In this document: positions 52,025 to 62,744 of the stretch, one piece after another
How positions within the stretch are numbered: position 1 is the stretch's first letter
Layout: each line of letters opens with the position of its first letter
Assembly (NCBI GenBank): GCA_963662615.2
Contig: CAXXSR010000001.1
Coordinates: forward strand, 1,600,001 to 1,664,000
Direction: 5' to 3'
Origin: Dehalococcoidia bacterium
Lineage (GTDB): Bacteria; Chloroflexota; Dehalococcoidia; Bin125
Length of the DNA: 64,000 nt
The notes under the pieces: generated by a model
The model's database searches: none
Told to the model about the DNA's origin: nothing
The model's input: the letters and a program-made list of their open reading frames with translations, nothing else
Program-made: the position numbers and the translations under genes

Positions 52025-53572
52025 GTCTACCAGGGCGACTACGAGGGTCGACGCGACCTTGCGGTCGCGGAGGCCACGTTCGAGGCGATGGCGGGCGGCG
52101 AAGAGATCATCTACCAGGGCGTGCTCCGCGATGCCGAGACCCGCACGTGGGGCTCGCCGGACTTTCTGGTCCGATCGGACGTGTTGCAGCGACTGTTTCC
52201 GCGTTCGCTGTCCGAGGAGGGCGCTGCGATGGGCGCGCCTGATCTCGACGCCGGATGGCACTACCGCATCGTTGACTCCAAGTTCGCCACGCTGACCCTC
52301 CTCGCCGGCGGCGACCTCGGGAACACTGGGTCGGCGCCGGCGTACAAGGTCCAGGTCTTCATCTACAATCGCGCGCTCGGTCGCCTCCAAGGATACGAAC
52401 CGCCCGAGGCGTTCTTGCTCGGTCGCGGGTGGCAGCAGCGCATCCGTGGGGAAACGACGCGCGTGCTGAACTGCATGGATCGACTCGCCCCGGTTTCACA
52501 GGACTATGCGTCGCCCGCACGCGGTTCCCTGACAGTCCAAGCCGAACAGGCTGCGGCGTGGCTCCGGCTGATGCGCAAAGAGGGTGGGAAATGGGACGCC
52601 GCACCGGAACCGACCGTCGACGAGCTTCGAGTCAACGCGAAGGCAGACTCGGCGCCTTGGTCGGCAGCTGTGGGGGAGATTCTGCAGCAGACCGAAGACC
52701 TCACCGTGCTTTACCAGGTCGGCCCGAACAAACGGGCACACGCGATCGCCCTAGGCGTCAGCCGCTGGCGCGAGCATTCCTTGTCAAGCGAGACCGTGGG
52801 CGTCACGGGCGACACGCTCGGCCCCCGTCTGCAGGCACTGCTCGATGTGAATCGTGAAGCCGGGAGTCCACCCGTGCAGCCGGAGCGCGTCCAAGCTGCG
52901 CGCGATGTGTGGATCGACGAGCCAAGCCTCGAATTCTACGTTGACTTCGAAACCGTCAGCAGCCTCGATGACGATTTCAGTCGTCTGCCAGATCGGGGTG
53001 GGCAAGAGCTGATCTTCATGATCGGCTGTGGCCATCTCGAGGAAGGGGACTGGAGCTATACGTGCTTTGTCGCCGATCGACTGAACGAGTCAAACGAAGC
53101 GGACGCCATCAACCGCTGGTTCGCGCACATGCGGAAGGTCCGGGAGCGTCTCGGAGTCAGCTTCGATCCCCTGGTCGTCCACTGGTCGCCAGCTGAGCCG
53201 CGATGGCTCGAAAGGGATTGGTATGCCGCGTTCCAGCGGCACCGACAGCATGCCTGGCCGTCACCGAACTGGTTCGACTTCCTCGGTCGCGTCGTTCGTG
53301 AGGAACCCGTGGTTGTCCGTGGCGCGCATGGCTTCGGACTGAAGGAATTGGCGAACGCCATGCAGACGCTCGGCCTGATCGATGCACAGTGGCGCGACGG
53401 CCCGGCCGACGGACTTGGCGCGATGGTCGGCGCCTGGTGGTGCGAGACCCAGGCCGCCGAGCACGCGCAAGTCCTCCTTGAATTCGATTTGATGCGGGAA
53501 ATCCGCGCCTACAACGAGGTCGACTGCCGGGCGATGATGGAGATCGTGCGCTACCTGCGCGCGCACCACTAG
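52025..53572 (+). pseudogene. TM0106-type RecB-like nuclease with an RNase H-like domain, 5' end cut by IS3
   Basis: GSPDFLVR...IVDSK...QVFIY; FYVDFET, IFMIG, FGLKELA, YNEVDC. The frame is open from the first base after the IS; first ATG at 52088. Confidence 0.8.
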
Positions 53573-55680
53573 GACAGGCCCGAGCTCGGATGGGCCCCAG
53601 TCTGGAGTGCTTGCAGATCGTCTAGGAACTCCGACGTGGGCTGGACGCCGGTCACAAGCAACTGGTCTCGCGCGCGCGTACAAGCGACGTAGAGGAGATG
53701 GCGTTCGGTGTTGTACACGTCCTCAAGGTCCGCCTCGTCGGTGATGGCCTCGATACGAGGTTGCGATGGAATCACCTCGTCGTCACACGCAAGCACAGCA
53801 ACGTTCCGGAACTCGAGCCCCTTGGCGAGGTGCATCGTGCAGATGGATATCGATCCCGACTCGCCATCGTTGGCGCCATCGAGGACCGTTCCTTGAAGGT
53901 TCGCCTCTTCCGCCGCGGCTAACGCGCGGTCCATCTCGAGCTTGGAGCGCACGATGATGCCCATGCCGTCGGGAGGGACACCGTCGCTAAGGCGATCCCG
54001 CAGCCAAGCCCCGACGAATCGGGACTCTTCCGCATGTGACGCGAACGTGGTGATCATGGGGAAGGGTCCATTGAAGGCGGAAACCGTCCCGCGGCGCTGT
54101 TCGCTGTTGCCGTCGACATCGCTGAGCTCAGGCGGGAGGAGCAGATCGGCCTGTCGTCGGATTTGATGCGACGTGCGGTAGTTAAGCCGCAGGGTGTGCG
54201 ACCGCCCCCGCACATGGACGCCAAGCGAGCGCCAAGAGAACGGCGTCTGAAAGATGCGCTGACCAAGGTCACCGGCGAAGAAGAGTGAGTTCGGGCGATC
54301 GCCCGCCAGGGCGGCCAGGAACCGCAACTGCGGTCCTCCGATGTCCTGTGCCTCATCGACGACGGCGGCGTCGAACGGTCGCACGTCGCTCGCCAGGAGA
54401 TGTTCAGTCGCCCAGGCGAACACGCCCGGCAACGTAATCAGCTCACGATTCTTAAGGTCAGCTCGAACGCGCTCGAAGATCGACCAGAGCAGTTCGCGTT
54501 GCTTCTCACCGATTCGTGTCCTTCGACCCAGGCGTGCGACGTCTCGGTAGTCCTCCCAGGTCGAGAGCTGCCAGGCATCTACCACCTCGTGCCACTCCGC
54601 CTCGAGGAAATGGTCAGCGAAGCGGTGTTCCTTGGCGGCCTTAGACGCCGCCCCTATGAGCGACGCAATGTCGGCATCGGACGCCAGGACCGCTTGTCCG
54701 AGAGCTGACGCGTAGAGCTCGAGTGCCACGCGGTCGATGGCGCGCACGGTGATTTGACCCCGCACCTCCGGCTCGCCGCCGACGAGGAGATCGAGCTTCC
54801 GCTCAAGTAGGCTCGCGAGTGTGTCGCTAAACGTCGTGAGCAGCACGCGTGCGGGGGGATCGGAACGCGCCAGATGATCGGCGCGGTGGAGAGCCACCAC
54901 GGTCTTACCCGTCCCGGCCGAGCCCGACACCCGAGCGGGCCCACCATGCTCACGTTCGACGACGCTCCACTGCGCGGGATGGAGGAACACCAGCCACTTC
55001 TCCCACGGATACTCGAGGGCACGCTCCAGCTCCTCGACGTTCGTCGTGAGGCGGAAGCGTCGCTGTGCGTCCGGATGGGAGAAGGGGTCGGCATCGGCGG
55101 CCACGACGACCGGCACGCGGGGGGTTCCGCCCGTGGCCAGCTCGAGCAGGGCCTCCGCGGCCTCGGCGGGGAGGTGGTCCGCGATGTCGAAGAGCGTGTC
55201 CTCAGTATCGGCGCGGACATCGTTGAGCCACTCAGGCGGGACGCCGTAGCCGAGCAAGTCGTCTTCAGGGGTGTCGGAAAACAGGGGCGCTAGAGCAGGT
55301 TTGGCTTCGGGCTCCGCCGCGACGTAGGCGGGAATCTCGATTTCGCGCACGGTCTCGCGGATTTCGACGATCTGAGCGGCGCCCGTGGTCGGGTGGCGCT
55401 CCAGCTTTCGACGCTCCGCCCAGCGGTAGGCGGCGTCGTGGTGGCTCACGTAACAGAGAAGGACGCTCGCGTCGGTCCGGTGCACGATCAGCCGAACGTC
55501 GCGCCCGACGCGCGCCGACCAGAAATTCTTGTCCCGGGCGGCGCCGAGGCGATGGAGTTGGATACCCGGGCTCGCGGGATTGAGCTGGAGATCGAAGGCG
55601 GTCGTCTTGACGGCCTTCTGCTCGTCGGCGGTAAGCCGCGCCAAGCTGGCGGTGAACGTGTCGGCGATTCGGAACTCCAT
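53569..55680 (-). CDS. UvrD/SF1 helicase with an N-terminal RelE/ParE-like domain
   Basis: N-terminal FRIADTFTASL...FWSARV..DVRLIV..HHDAAY; GSAGTGKT, DEAQD, GDLGQRIF, NYRTS, KGLEF, LLYVACTRAR. Confidence 0.9.
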   Translation of the reverse strand: MEFRIADTFTASLARLTADEQKAVKTTAFDLQLNPASPGIQLHRLGAARDKNFWSARVGRDVRLIVHRTDASVLLCYVSHHDAAYRWAERRKLERHPTTGAAQIVEIRETVREIEIPAYVAAEPEAKPALAPLFSDTPEDDLLGYGVPPEWLNDVRADTEDTLFDIADHLPAEAAEALLELATGGTPRVPVVVAADADPFSHPDAQRRFRLTTNVEELERALEYPWEKWLVFLHPAQWSVVEREHGGPARVSGSAGTGKTVVALHRADHLARSDPPARVLLTTFSDTLASLLERKLDLLVGGEPEVRGQITVRAIDRVALELYASALGQAVLASDADIASLIGAASKAAKEHRFADHFLEAEWHEVVDAWQLSTWEDYRDVARLGRRTRIGEKQRELLWSIFERVRADLKNRELITLPGVFAWATEHLLASDVRPFDAAVVDEAQDIGGPQLRFLAALAGDRPNSLFFAGDLGQRIFQTPFSWRSLGVHVRGRSHTLRLNYRTSHQIRRQADLLLPPELSDVDGNSEQRRGTVSAFNGPFPMITTFASHAEESRFVGAWLRDRLSDGVPPDGMGIIVRSKLEMDRALAAAEEANLQGTVLDGANDGESGSISICTMHLAKGLEFRNVAVLACDDEVIPSQPRIEAITDEADLEDVYNTERHLLYVACTRARDQLLVTGVQPTSEFLDDLQALQTGAHPSSGLS

Positions 55681-55691
55681 ACGACGCCAGG

Positions 55692-58501
55692 CTAGTCGAC
55701 GCGAAAGACCTTCATCACCTCGTCGCCGAGGTGGTTAATGACCTTGACCGCGATGCGTCCCGAGGCCGGTTTGTCGAAGGGGCGGGAGAGATCGCTGTGC
55801 AGCGTCTCCCACGCCTCCTCGTTGATCTCCGCCTTGAGGGTGGTCTTGAGCGCCTTGTGGGGTCGTTGGCGCCAAGGAAGTAGGCGTGGCGGACGAAAAA
55901 GCTCTCCTCGTTGTAGTCGGTGTCGATGAACCAGCAGGCGATGCCGTCCGGGCCGTCGCTGCGGACCTCACCGGTGCTGGGGTGGAAGACGTCAACGCCG
56001 TTGACCTTGACCTGGATCTGATCCCCTTCGGCGTTCAGGATGTCGAGGTCCGGCTCGCCGAAGATGACGAAGAGGTTGCCCATGCCGGTGTTCTTGAGCT
56101 CGCCGGCCATGTGCAGGTCCGCGTTCATGCGCGCCTTCAGGACGGGGACGCGGCCGAGCTTATTGAACTCCGACGCCAGCGCCTCGTAGTTGAAGGCGCA
56201 GCTGATGAGCACGTCGAAGTCCGCTTCGGCAGCCTCCCGGGCAGCCTGCACGAGGTCCGGGCGCGAGACGGTGCCAAACTCCGGGCCGATCAAGATCGCG
56301 GCGCGCTTTTCCGTGCCGCCCTCGTAGTCGTTCTCGGGGTCGCCGCCTTCGACATAGCGGCCCTCCGCGCCGACCATTTCACCCGGCCACGGCGTGAGCG
56401 ACGAGAAAACGATCTTGTCCTCCTTGTGGGCCTGCTGTACCCCGGCTGTGCGTAGGTTCTCCAGGATCACGCTGGCGAAGTCCTGCGACTCGCCGTAGCC
56501 GAGCCGGGCCTCTGCGACGTTGTCGATCAACTCATCTTCCTCGTCGACGCCCAGCATGCGGTGCGGCGAGACGCTCTCGACCGTGAACGGCCCGGCGACG
56601 CGCACCTTGCGCTTGTCCTCGTAGGGCTTGTCGTAGAGGTACTCGTCGTCGGCCTTGGCGGCGATAGAGGCGTCGATTGCCTGCTGGCGGGCGATGCGCT
56701 GCTCCCACCACTGCGCGTGGAGTTGTTTCGCTGTCGCTTTCCAGGCGTCGTCCGCCTCGCGGGGGATCTCCCACTCCTCCCAGGACTCGTCGAGCGCCGC
56801 GTTGAGCTGCTCCCGCAGCGGTTCGAGGGTCTCCTGGTAGGTCTCCCAAATCACGTCGATCTCGGCGTTGTTGGCGATCGATTTGAGGGTGATATGGGGG
56901 ATGCGCGCGTAAACGAAGCCTTGGCGCACGTCGTTGGCGGTGGGAGCGTCGGAGGGGATGGTATGCGTCACCTCTGCCTCCTTCTGCTGGCCGTCTTCGG
57001 AGTCGGCGAGGAGGTAGTAGGGGTAGCGAGCGCCCATGACGCGGGCACGCGCCAGCGCCAGTGCAACCCGCGATGTGTCGATCGTGATCCAACGGCGACC
57101 CCATTGCTCAGCGACATATGCCGTAGTCCCGCTTCCGCAAGTCGGGTCGACCACGAGGTCACCAGGGTCAGTAGTCATCAGAATGCATCGCTCAGCAAGC
57201 CTTTGCGACGTCTGGACGATATATGTCTTCTGCTCTGTAAAACCTGTCGCGAGCACATCATCCCAGACATTCGCGATGGGGTAGACCGAAAAGTCAGACA
57301 GGTGCCGCCTATACATCAGAGAGTTCCCGATCGGCTTGAGCCGGAAGGCCCTGTCTAGCCGGCCCATGCCGCGGATGTTCGTCTTCCATCCACCCCGAGC
57401 GACACGGAACTCTCTCCCAGCGGCGGTGTATGAATATCTGGTTGACTCTCCTCCCGATTGGCTAGACAGATTGTCGGCTGCGAATGCTACGCCTAGCGGT
57501 TCACTGCCTCTGCCAATCCGCGACTCTTGCAGGTCTGCAGACAACTGCCAGACGTACTGTGTGGTCCCTGCCTCGCCAAGCTTCTTCGGCCTGTATAGCC
57601 GACGATACTTCAGCGCGCTTCTGTCTTTAGCGTATAGGAGTACATAGTCTGCCACCGCTGCTAGGTATTGCGATGTCTGGCTGCTCGTCTTCACGCAGAC
57701 GGCATCTGCTATGTGATTCTCGGCTCCGAAGACTTCATCCATCACGGCCCGCACTCGGTGGACGTTCTCGTCCCCAATCTGCACAAACACCGAGCCCGAG
57801 TCGGCGAGGAGGTCGCGGGCGATCTCAAGGCGGTCACGGAGGTACGACAGGTAGGAGTGGATACCGTCGCGCCACGTGTCGCGGAACGCCTTCACCTGCT
57901 CCGGCTCGCGGGTGATGTGGTCGGCCTTGCCGTCGCGCACGTCGCGGTTGGTGGTGGACCACTGGAAGTTGGAGTTGAACTTGATCCCGTAGGGCGGATC
58001 CAGGTAGATGCACTGGACCTTGCCGCGCAGCCCCTCGCGCTCGGCGAGCGAGGCCATGACCTGGAGGCTGTCGCCCAGGATCATGCGGTTGGTCCAGTTG
58101 GCATCGTGCTGGTAGAACTCCGTCTTGGCGTCGCTGTCCTCCAAGCCGTTGAAGTCCGCGAAGAGGTCGGTTTGAAATCCCTCAGCGAGCCTCTCCGCTT
58201 CGCTGGGCTCACTGCGTCGCATGAGGTCGTCGACTAAGATCTTGGGATGCACCTTCTCCTGGATGAACAGCGGCGGCGCTTGCACGACCAGGTCAAAGGC
58301 GTCCTGTTCGTCCTTGCCGCGCCAGACGAGCTGCGGATCGAGGTCGCGGTTGCGACGTTCGTAGGCAACCTGGATCGGGCTCTGCTGATCCTCATTCATG
58401 ACCGGCTCGAGCTCGGCCGTGGGGATGTTTGGCCGCTTCGCGTCGTCGTGCTTGAAGGTCGCGACCTGCTTGCGCTTCTTCGGCTGCGCGCGCCTAGCCA
58501 T
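55692..58501 (-). pseudogene. mod: Type III R-M DNA methyltransferase, frameshifted near the C-terminus
   Basis: DPQLVWRGK, NRMILGDSL, DPPYG, DPTCGSGTT. A 1-nt loss near 55858 (gac ccc [t]ac aag) shifts out the tail ...IAVKVINHLGDEVMKVFRVD*. Confidence 0.9.
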
Positions 58502-61500
58502 CGCCGCCTCCTGTTGCTGTTGCTTCTGCCGCCGCAGCGGGCGCCGCCGCCGCCCCCTCAATCATGGTGCCGAAGTTCGACTCGACCTTGGCTTCGAAGT
58601 CGGGTTCGATCTCATACGCGTCGGTGAACTCGGCAAAGGCCCAACGCCCGTAGATGCCGAGGTTGTTGACGCCCGGCACCCAGTAGGTGTCCATCGTGGC
58701 CTTCTTCTCCTTCGCGTCCTCGCGCCGGTAGCCCTTGATCTCGACGACGAGATGGAGGAGGTCATCCTCGCCGTGCCCGTCGTCGACGAGGACGATGAAG
58801 TCCGGGATGTAGGAGCGGGAGTCCGAGCCGAACCTGTAGGGCACCTCGAGCCCGAGATTGTGGTTCTTCACGTAAGCGCGCACGCGCGCGTGGTTCTCCG
58901 CCACGCGACAGAATTCGGCCTCCCAGCCGCTGTCGTAGACCACCCAGTTAACGTGGCAGCGACGGGCGTCGGTCGGCCAGCGGCTGTCCCGCGACGTGAC
59001 GAAGTTCACGTACCGCGTCGATCCGGTCGGGTTGTACGGATCGAGCACCGCCAGGATCGGCGTCGTGTCCATATGGCTACTGACGATGCCTCGCGTGATG
59101 CGCTCGCAGGCCATGTCGGCGAGCACCTGGTACATGAGCTGCGCCGGATACGTGCCGCCCTTGCAGACAAGGTGCTCATCGAGCCACTACTTCGTGATTC
59201 GCTTGAGCTGGCCGAAGAGGTGCAACTTGGGCTCTTCCCCGGGGTCGCGCCACTTGGTTTCGATGAGGCGCTTGGTGAGGCGGAAGATGAGGCTCGAGCG
59301 GCGGAAGTCCTCCAAATGGTCGAGGTCCAGTTCGACCGACTCGCCAATGATGCCCTGATTCTACGTGATCGAGGGTCCGACGATGTCCGGCGTCAGCTCG
59401 AGCGTCGCGTCCTCGTTGAACTCGGCGGTCAGGCGTTCGTCCGGGAGTTCAACGCGATAGCCCTCGACGCGCGGGAAACGAATCTCGAGGTGGTTGCGGT
59501 CCGGACTGATCGCCGTGACTTGCACCGTCGGGCGAGGCGGCACCACCTTGGCGACGACCGGCTTGGCCGTGAAGGCAAAGGGGATGCCCAGGATGTCCGC
59601 GTACTCGACGTGGAAGCGTTCCTCTTCGTCGACCTCGTAGGACTGCCGCCGCAGCGCGCGACCGATCACCTGCTCGCAGAGCAGCTGCGTCCCGAAGGCG
59701 CGCACGCCCAAAACGTGCGTGACCGTGTTCGCGTCCCATCCCTCGGTCAGCATCGAGACCGAGACCACACAGCGAATCGATTCGCCGAGCTGGCCCTTCT
59801 TGCCCACGGTGTTCATCACCTCGCGCAGCAAGTCCTCGTCGCTGAGGTTGTCGGCCTCGCGTTGATCGCCGGTCCGCTGGATGATCTCGCGGCGGAAACG
59901 CTCGATTTCGGTAGCGGCCATCTTGCGGAATCTGGAATCGAGGGCATCGCCCGATTCAAGTTGCTCGCTGTCAATGAGCAGCGTGTTGGGGCGACCGAGC
60001 TGGTTGCCGTGCTCATCGAAGTTGTCGAACAAGGTGAGCCGGCCGTTGACGGGCGCCGTCGTCCCATCGTCGTTCTCGCGGTAGAAGCCGGAGATGTAGT
60101 CGTAGACGAGCTTCGAGGTGGACGTGTTGTTGCAAACCACGATGAAGCAGGGCGGTATCTCGATGCCGTCCGCCTCCCAGCGTTCGTACGTCTCCACGTA
60201 GTGGCCGTAGAGGGCCTCGAGCGCGGTCGAGAGCTCGGCGGGAATGCTGAGAGGGTCGAGCGGTCCGCTTTTGCCACGTCCCTTCTTTGGCATCCGGGTG
60301 CCGATGTGCTCCCAGAGGTTGCGGAACATGGGCATGTCCTCGCCCGGAATGTTGTCGGCGACCGGTACGCGGGGGAGCTTCACGATGCCGCACTCGATCG
60401 CGTCCATGAGCGAGAAGTTGCACATGGTACAGGGGAACAAGGTGCCCTCCGCGTAGCCGGAGCCGCGCAGGAAGAACGGGGTGGCGGACAGGTCGAGGAC
60501 GCGCTGCACGCCGAGCTTCTGCGTCACCGCCTCGAGGCCCGAGATCCAGACGCGCGCGGCCTCGGTGTTCTTCGCGGCCTCCTTGCGATCGTCGCCCTTG
60601 AGCGTCCCCTCATCGTCATCTCCGAGCTTCTCGCGGTAGCAGTGGTGCGCCTCGTCATTAAGCACCAAGATGCCCTTCATGCCCATGAGCTCCGGCAGGA
60701 CCCGCTGGAGCATCTGCCCCTCAGTCTCACGCGTCTGCAGCTCAGGGCCGCGCCCTTTCAGGAGCCGGCGTCCGCCAGCCGAGAGCTCCGTCGTCTCGCG
60801 CAACATGAAGGCGTGGTAGTTCGTGATGACGATCTGGGCGCGCTCGACGTCGCGCTTCATCTCGGGTGGCACGAGTTCGCGGCTTGTGTAGTAGGCGTCC
60901 GGGTCGTTGGGTTGCAGGACGCGGAGCCGGTCCCGGATCGTAATCCCGGGCGCGACGACGAGGAAGCCGCGGGTGAACTTCTTGCTGTTGGGGCGGCGAA
61001 TGGCGTTGACCGTCTGCCAGGCGATGATCATCGCCATGACGGTGGTCTTGCCCGTGCCGGTCGCGAGCTTCAGGGCGAGCCGGGGCAGACCCGGATTCGA
61101 CAGCTCGTTCGCACCGTCCAGATGGTCCAAGAACGTACGGCCCACCTTGCCCAGTTTCGGCGCCACTTCGGTCAGCCAAATAACCGTCTCGACGGCCTCG
61201 ACTTGGCAAAAAAAAGGACGGATGCCGCTGAAGCGGTGATGGCGCCAGTGCTTGAGCAAACGTGCGGTCTCTGGTGTGACATGCCAGTTCGCCTCGGGAG
61301 ACTCGCGCCACCGATCCACCTGCGTGCGCAGGGCGTTGATGATGGGCGTGGGGTCGTACTGCTGCGCCTCCGTCGAGAGGCCCTTGCCTTCGTCCAAGAC
61401 GAGCGGGCGCTGTTCGGCCGCCTGACGTCCCCGCCGCGGCTTGGGAATCGGCGTGATGAACTCCGCACTGCGGCGGAGGTCGAGGATGCGGTTGGTGGGT

Positions 61501-61583
61501 TGCCCGTCGTCGAGCTCCCAATGGCGAGCGGGGTAGGCGTAGGGAGAGTTCAGGATCGGCTGCTCGAAGAAGTCAACGGCCAT
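58494..61583 (-). pseudogene. res: Type III restriction endonuclease with two in-frame TAG codons
   Basis: PILNSPY, FFCQVEAVET, ATGTGKT, NDEAHH, LTEGWD, QVIGRALRR, YIPDF..VVEIKG. TAG at 59361-59363 and 59187-59189; the frame continues after each. Confidence 0.92.
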
Positions 61584-61662
61584 GCTTGACACCCTATATC
61601 CGCGAGCCGCCCCGACCCATGCTACTCATGCACCAGCGCGTCGTCGCGGCCACTTGGCGAGT

Positions 61663-61878
61663 CTAAGCCATGCGCTTCATTCCGGTCGGGCGCCGCCCAG
61701 ATGCGGATAAGTTTCTGGTTCCTTCCGCCGCTGCCATCCCGATCATCTCCGGCACCCGCTGTTCCAGCTCCTCCGCGAGGATGTGGTCGATGTACCGCTG
61801 CGTCACCGTGATGCTGGAGTATCCCAGCAGCCGAGCCACCTCGTGGATCTCGAGCCCCGACCTCAACCAGCGCCACGC
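61663..61878 (-). pseudogene. C-terminal remnant of a tyrosine recombinase
   Basis: AWRWLRSGLEIHEVARLLGYSSITVTQRY (LLGH...T.RY box); the N-terminal part is absent. Confidence 0.8.
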
Positions 61879-62361
61879 TCATTCGGGAAGCGCCCGATGA
61901 TTCACGAGCCAAGTCACCCGATCCATCAGCCAATGCTTCCGTCGCCGGGGAACGCCAACCTCCACGTACGCCACATGGGTCTTGCTGATCCGCGCCATCC
62001 AGAGACCCATGGGCCCGTCGGGGGCCTTCCCGCCGTCGCTGGGCTGGATGTCGAGCGAGTCATCCAGCAGCATAGGGTTCTTGTGAATCCACTGGCCGAC
62101 GGGTGATCGCCAGAATGCTTTCAGGTGCGCCGCCTTACGCTGTTCCCGTTGTGCTTTTTTCCATCGGTCCGTCCGCCCAGCGATGAACTCGTCGCTGTGC
62201 CGTTTGCGCACTTCCATCCCAATGAGGCCGATGACGCAGGCCGCGATGATCAGCCCGCCGATCGTCCCGATCAGAATGTCCGCGCGCGAGGGTTCCATCA
62301 GGAACCCCCCCGCCAGGAAGGCAATGGCTGCCACGAGAACGGCGACCAGGACACCCTGCAT
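61879..62361 (-). CDS. Hypothetical protein with two N-terminal TM helices
   Basis: Two hydrophobic stretches followed by a basic region. Confidence 0.5.
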   Translation of the reverse strand: MQGVLVAVLVAAIAFLAGGFLMEPSRADILIGTIGGLIIAACVIGLIGMEVRKRHSDEFIAGRTDRWKKAQREQRKAAHLKAFWRSPVGQWIHKNPMLLDDSLDIQPSDGGKAPDGPMGLWMARISKTHVAYVEVGVPRRRKHWLMDRVTWLVNHRALPE

Positions 62362-62559
62362 CCCGTCAGGCTAGCCATCCTTGGGCTAAAAGTGGATATA
62401 ATTCCCCTATACAAGGCCCCACCGAACGGGCTGCTGGACGGCATCCACGGACGGGTGACTACAGCCCAAGCTCATTGCTGCCGCCGTGCGGAACACGCGC
62501 CGAGAGCTGCAAGCTCAAACGGTGCCCACGCCACGCGACTTCACGCGGATCGCACGCGA

Positions 62560-62744
62560 CGCCGGTCCAGTACTCTGGGACATCCTTGCTGGGCGTCCCC
62601 CCACTGACCGCTCTCGCGAGAAGTCCCATTCGGCGCTGGTCCCAATGCGCCGGGGTCTCCCCCAACCACTCGACGCCGGAGTTCTTTGTACTCGGAGTAG
62701 GGCTTCCAGCGGCTCGCAGCCGCCTCAGCGTCGCTATCGCTCAT
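62560..62744 (-). pseudogene. hsdS: Type I R-M specificity subunit N-terminal remnant
   Basis: WKPYSEYK[+1]SGVEWLGETPAHW...SGGTPSKDVPEYWTG, then similarity ends; ATGA overlap with the upstream gene. Confidence 0.85.

Noticed and set aside
42405-59363. Three in-frame TAG codons in island genes suggesting amber recoding
   Set aside because: TAG is the true stop of mod, res and TM0106, frameshifts co-occur, and no suppressor tRNA or pyl genes are in the window; decay by point mutation is simpler.
58398-61589. 1063-aa + strand ORF, and similar long ORFs such as 1697-2977, 7737-9008, 9331-10641 and 10398-11726
   Set aside because: Antisense shadows of motif-bearing genes in high-GC DNA; they contain no recognisable domains.
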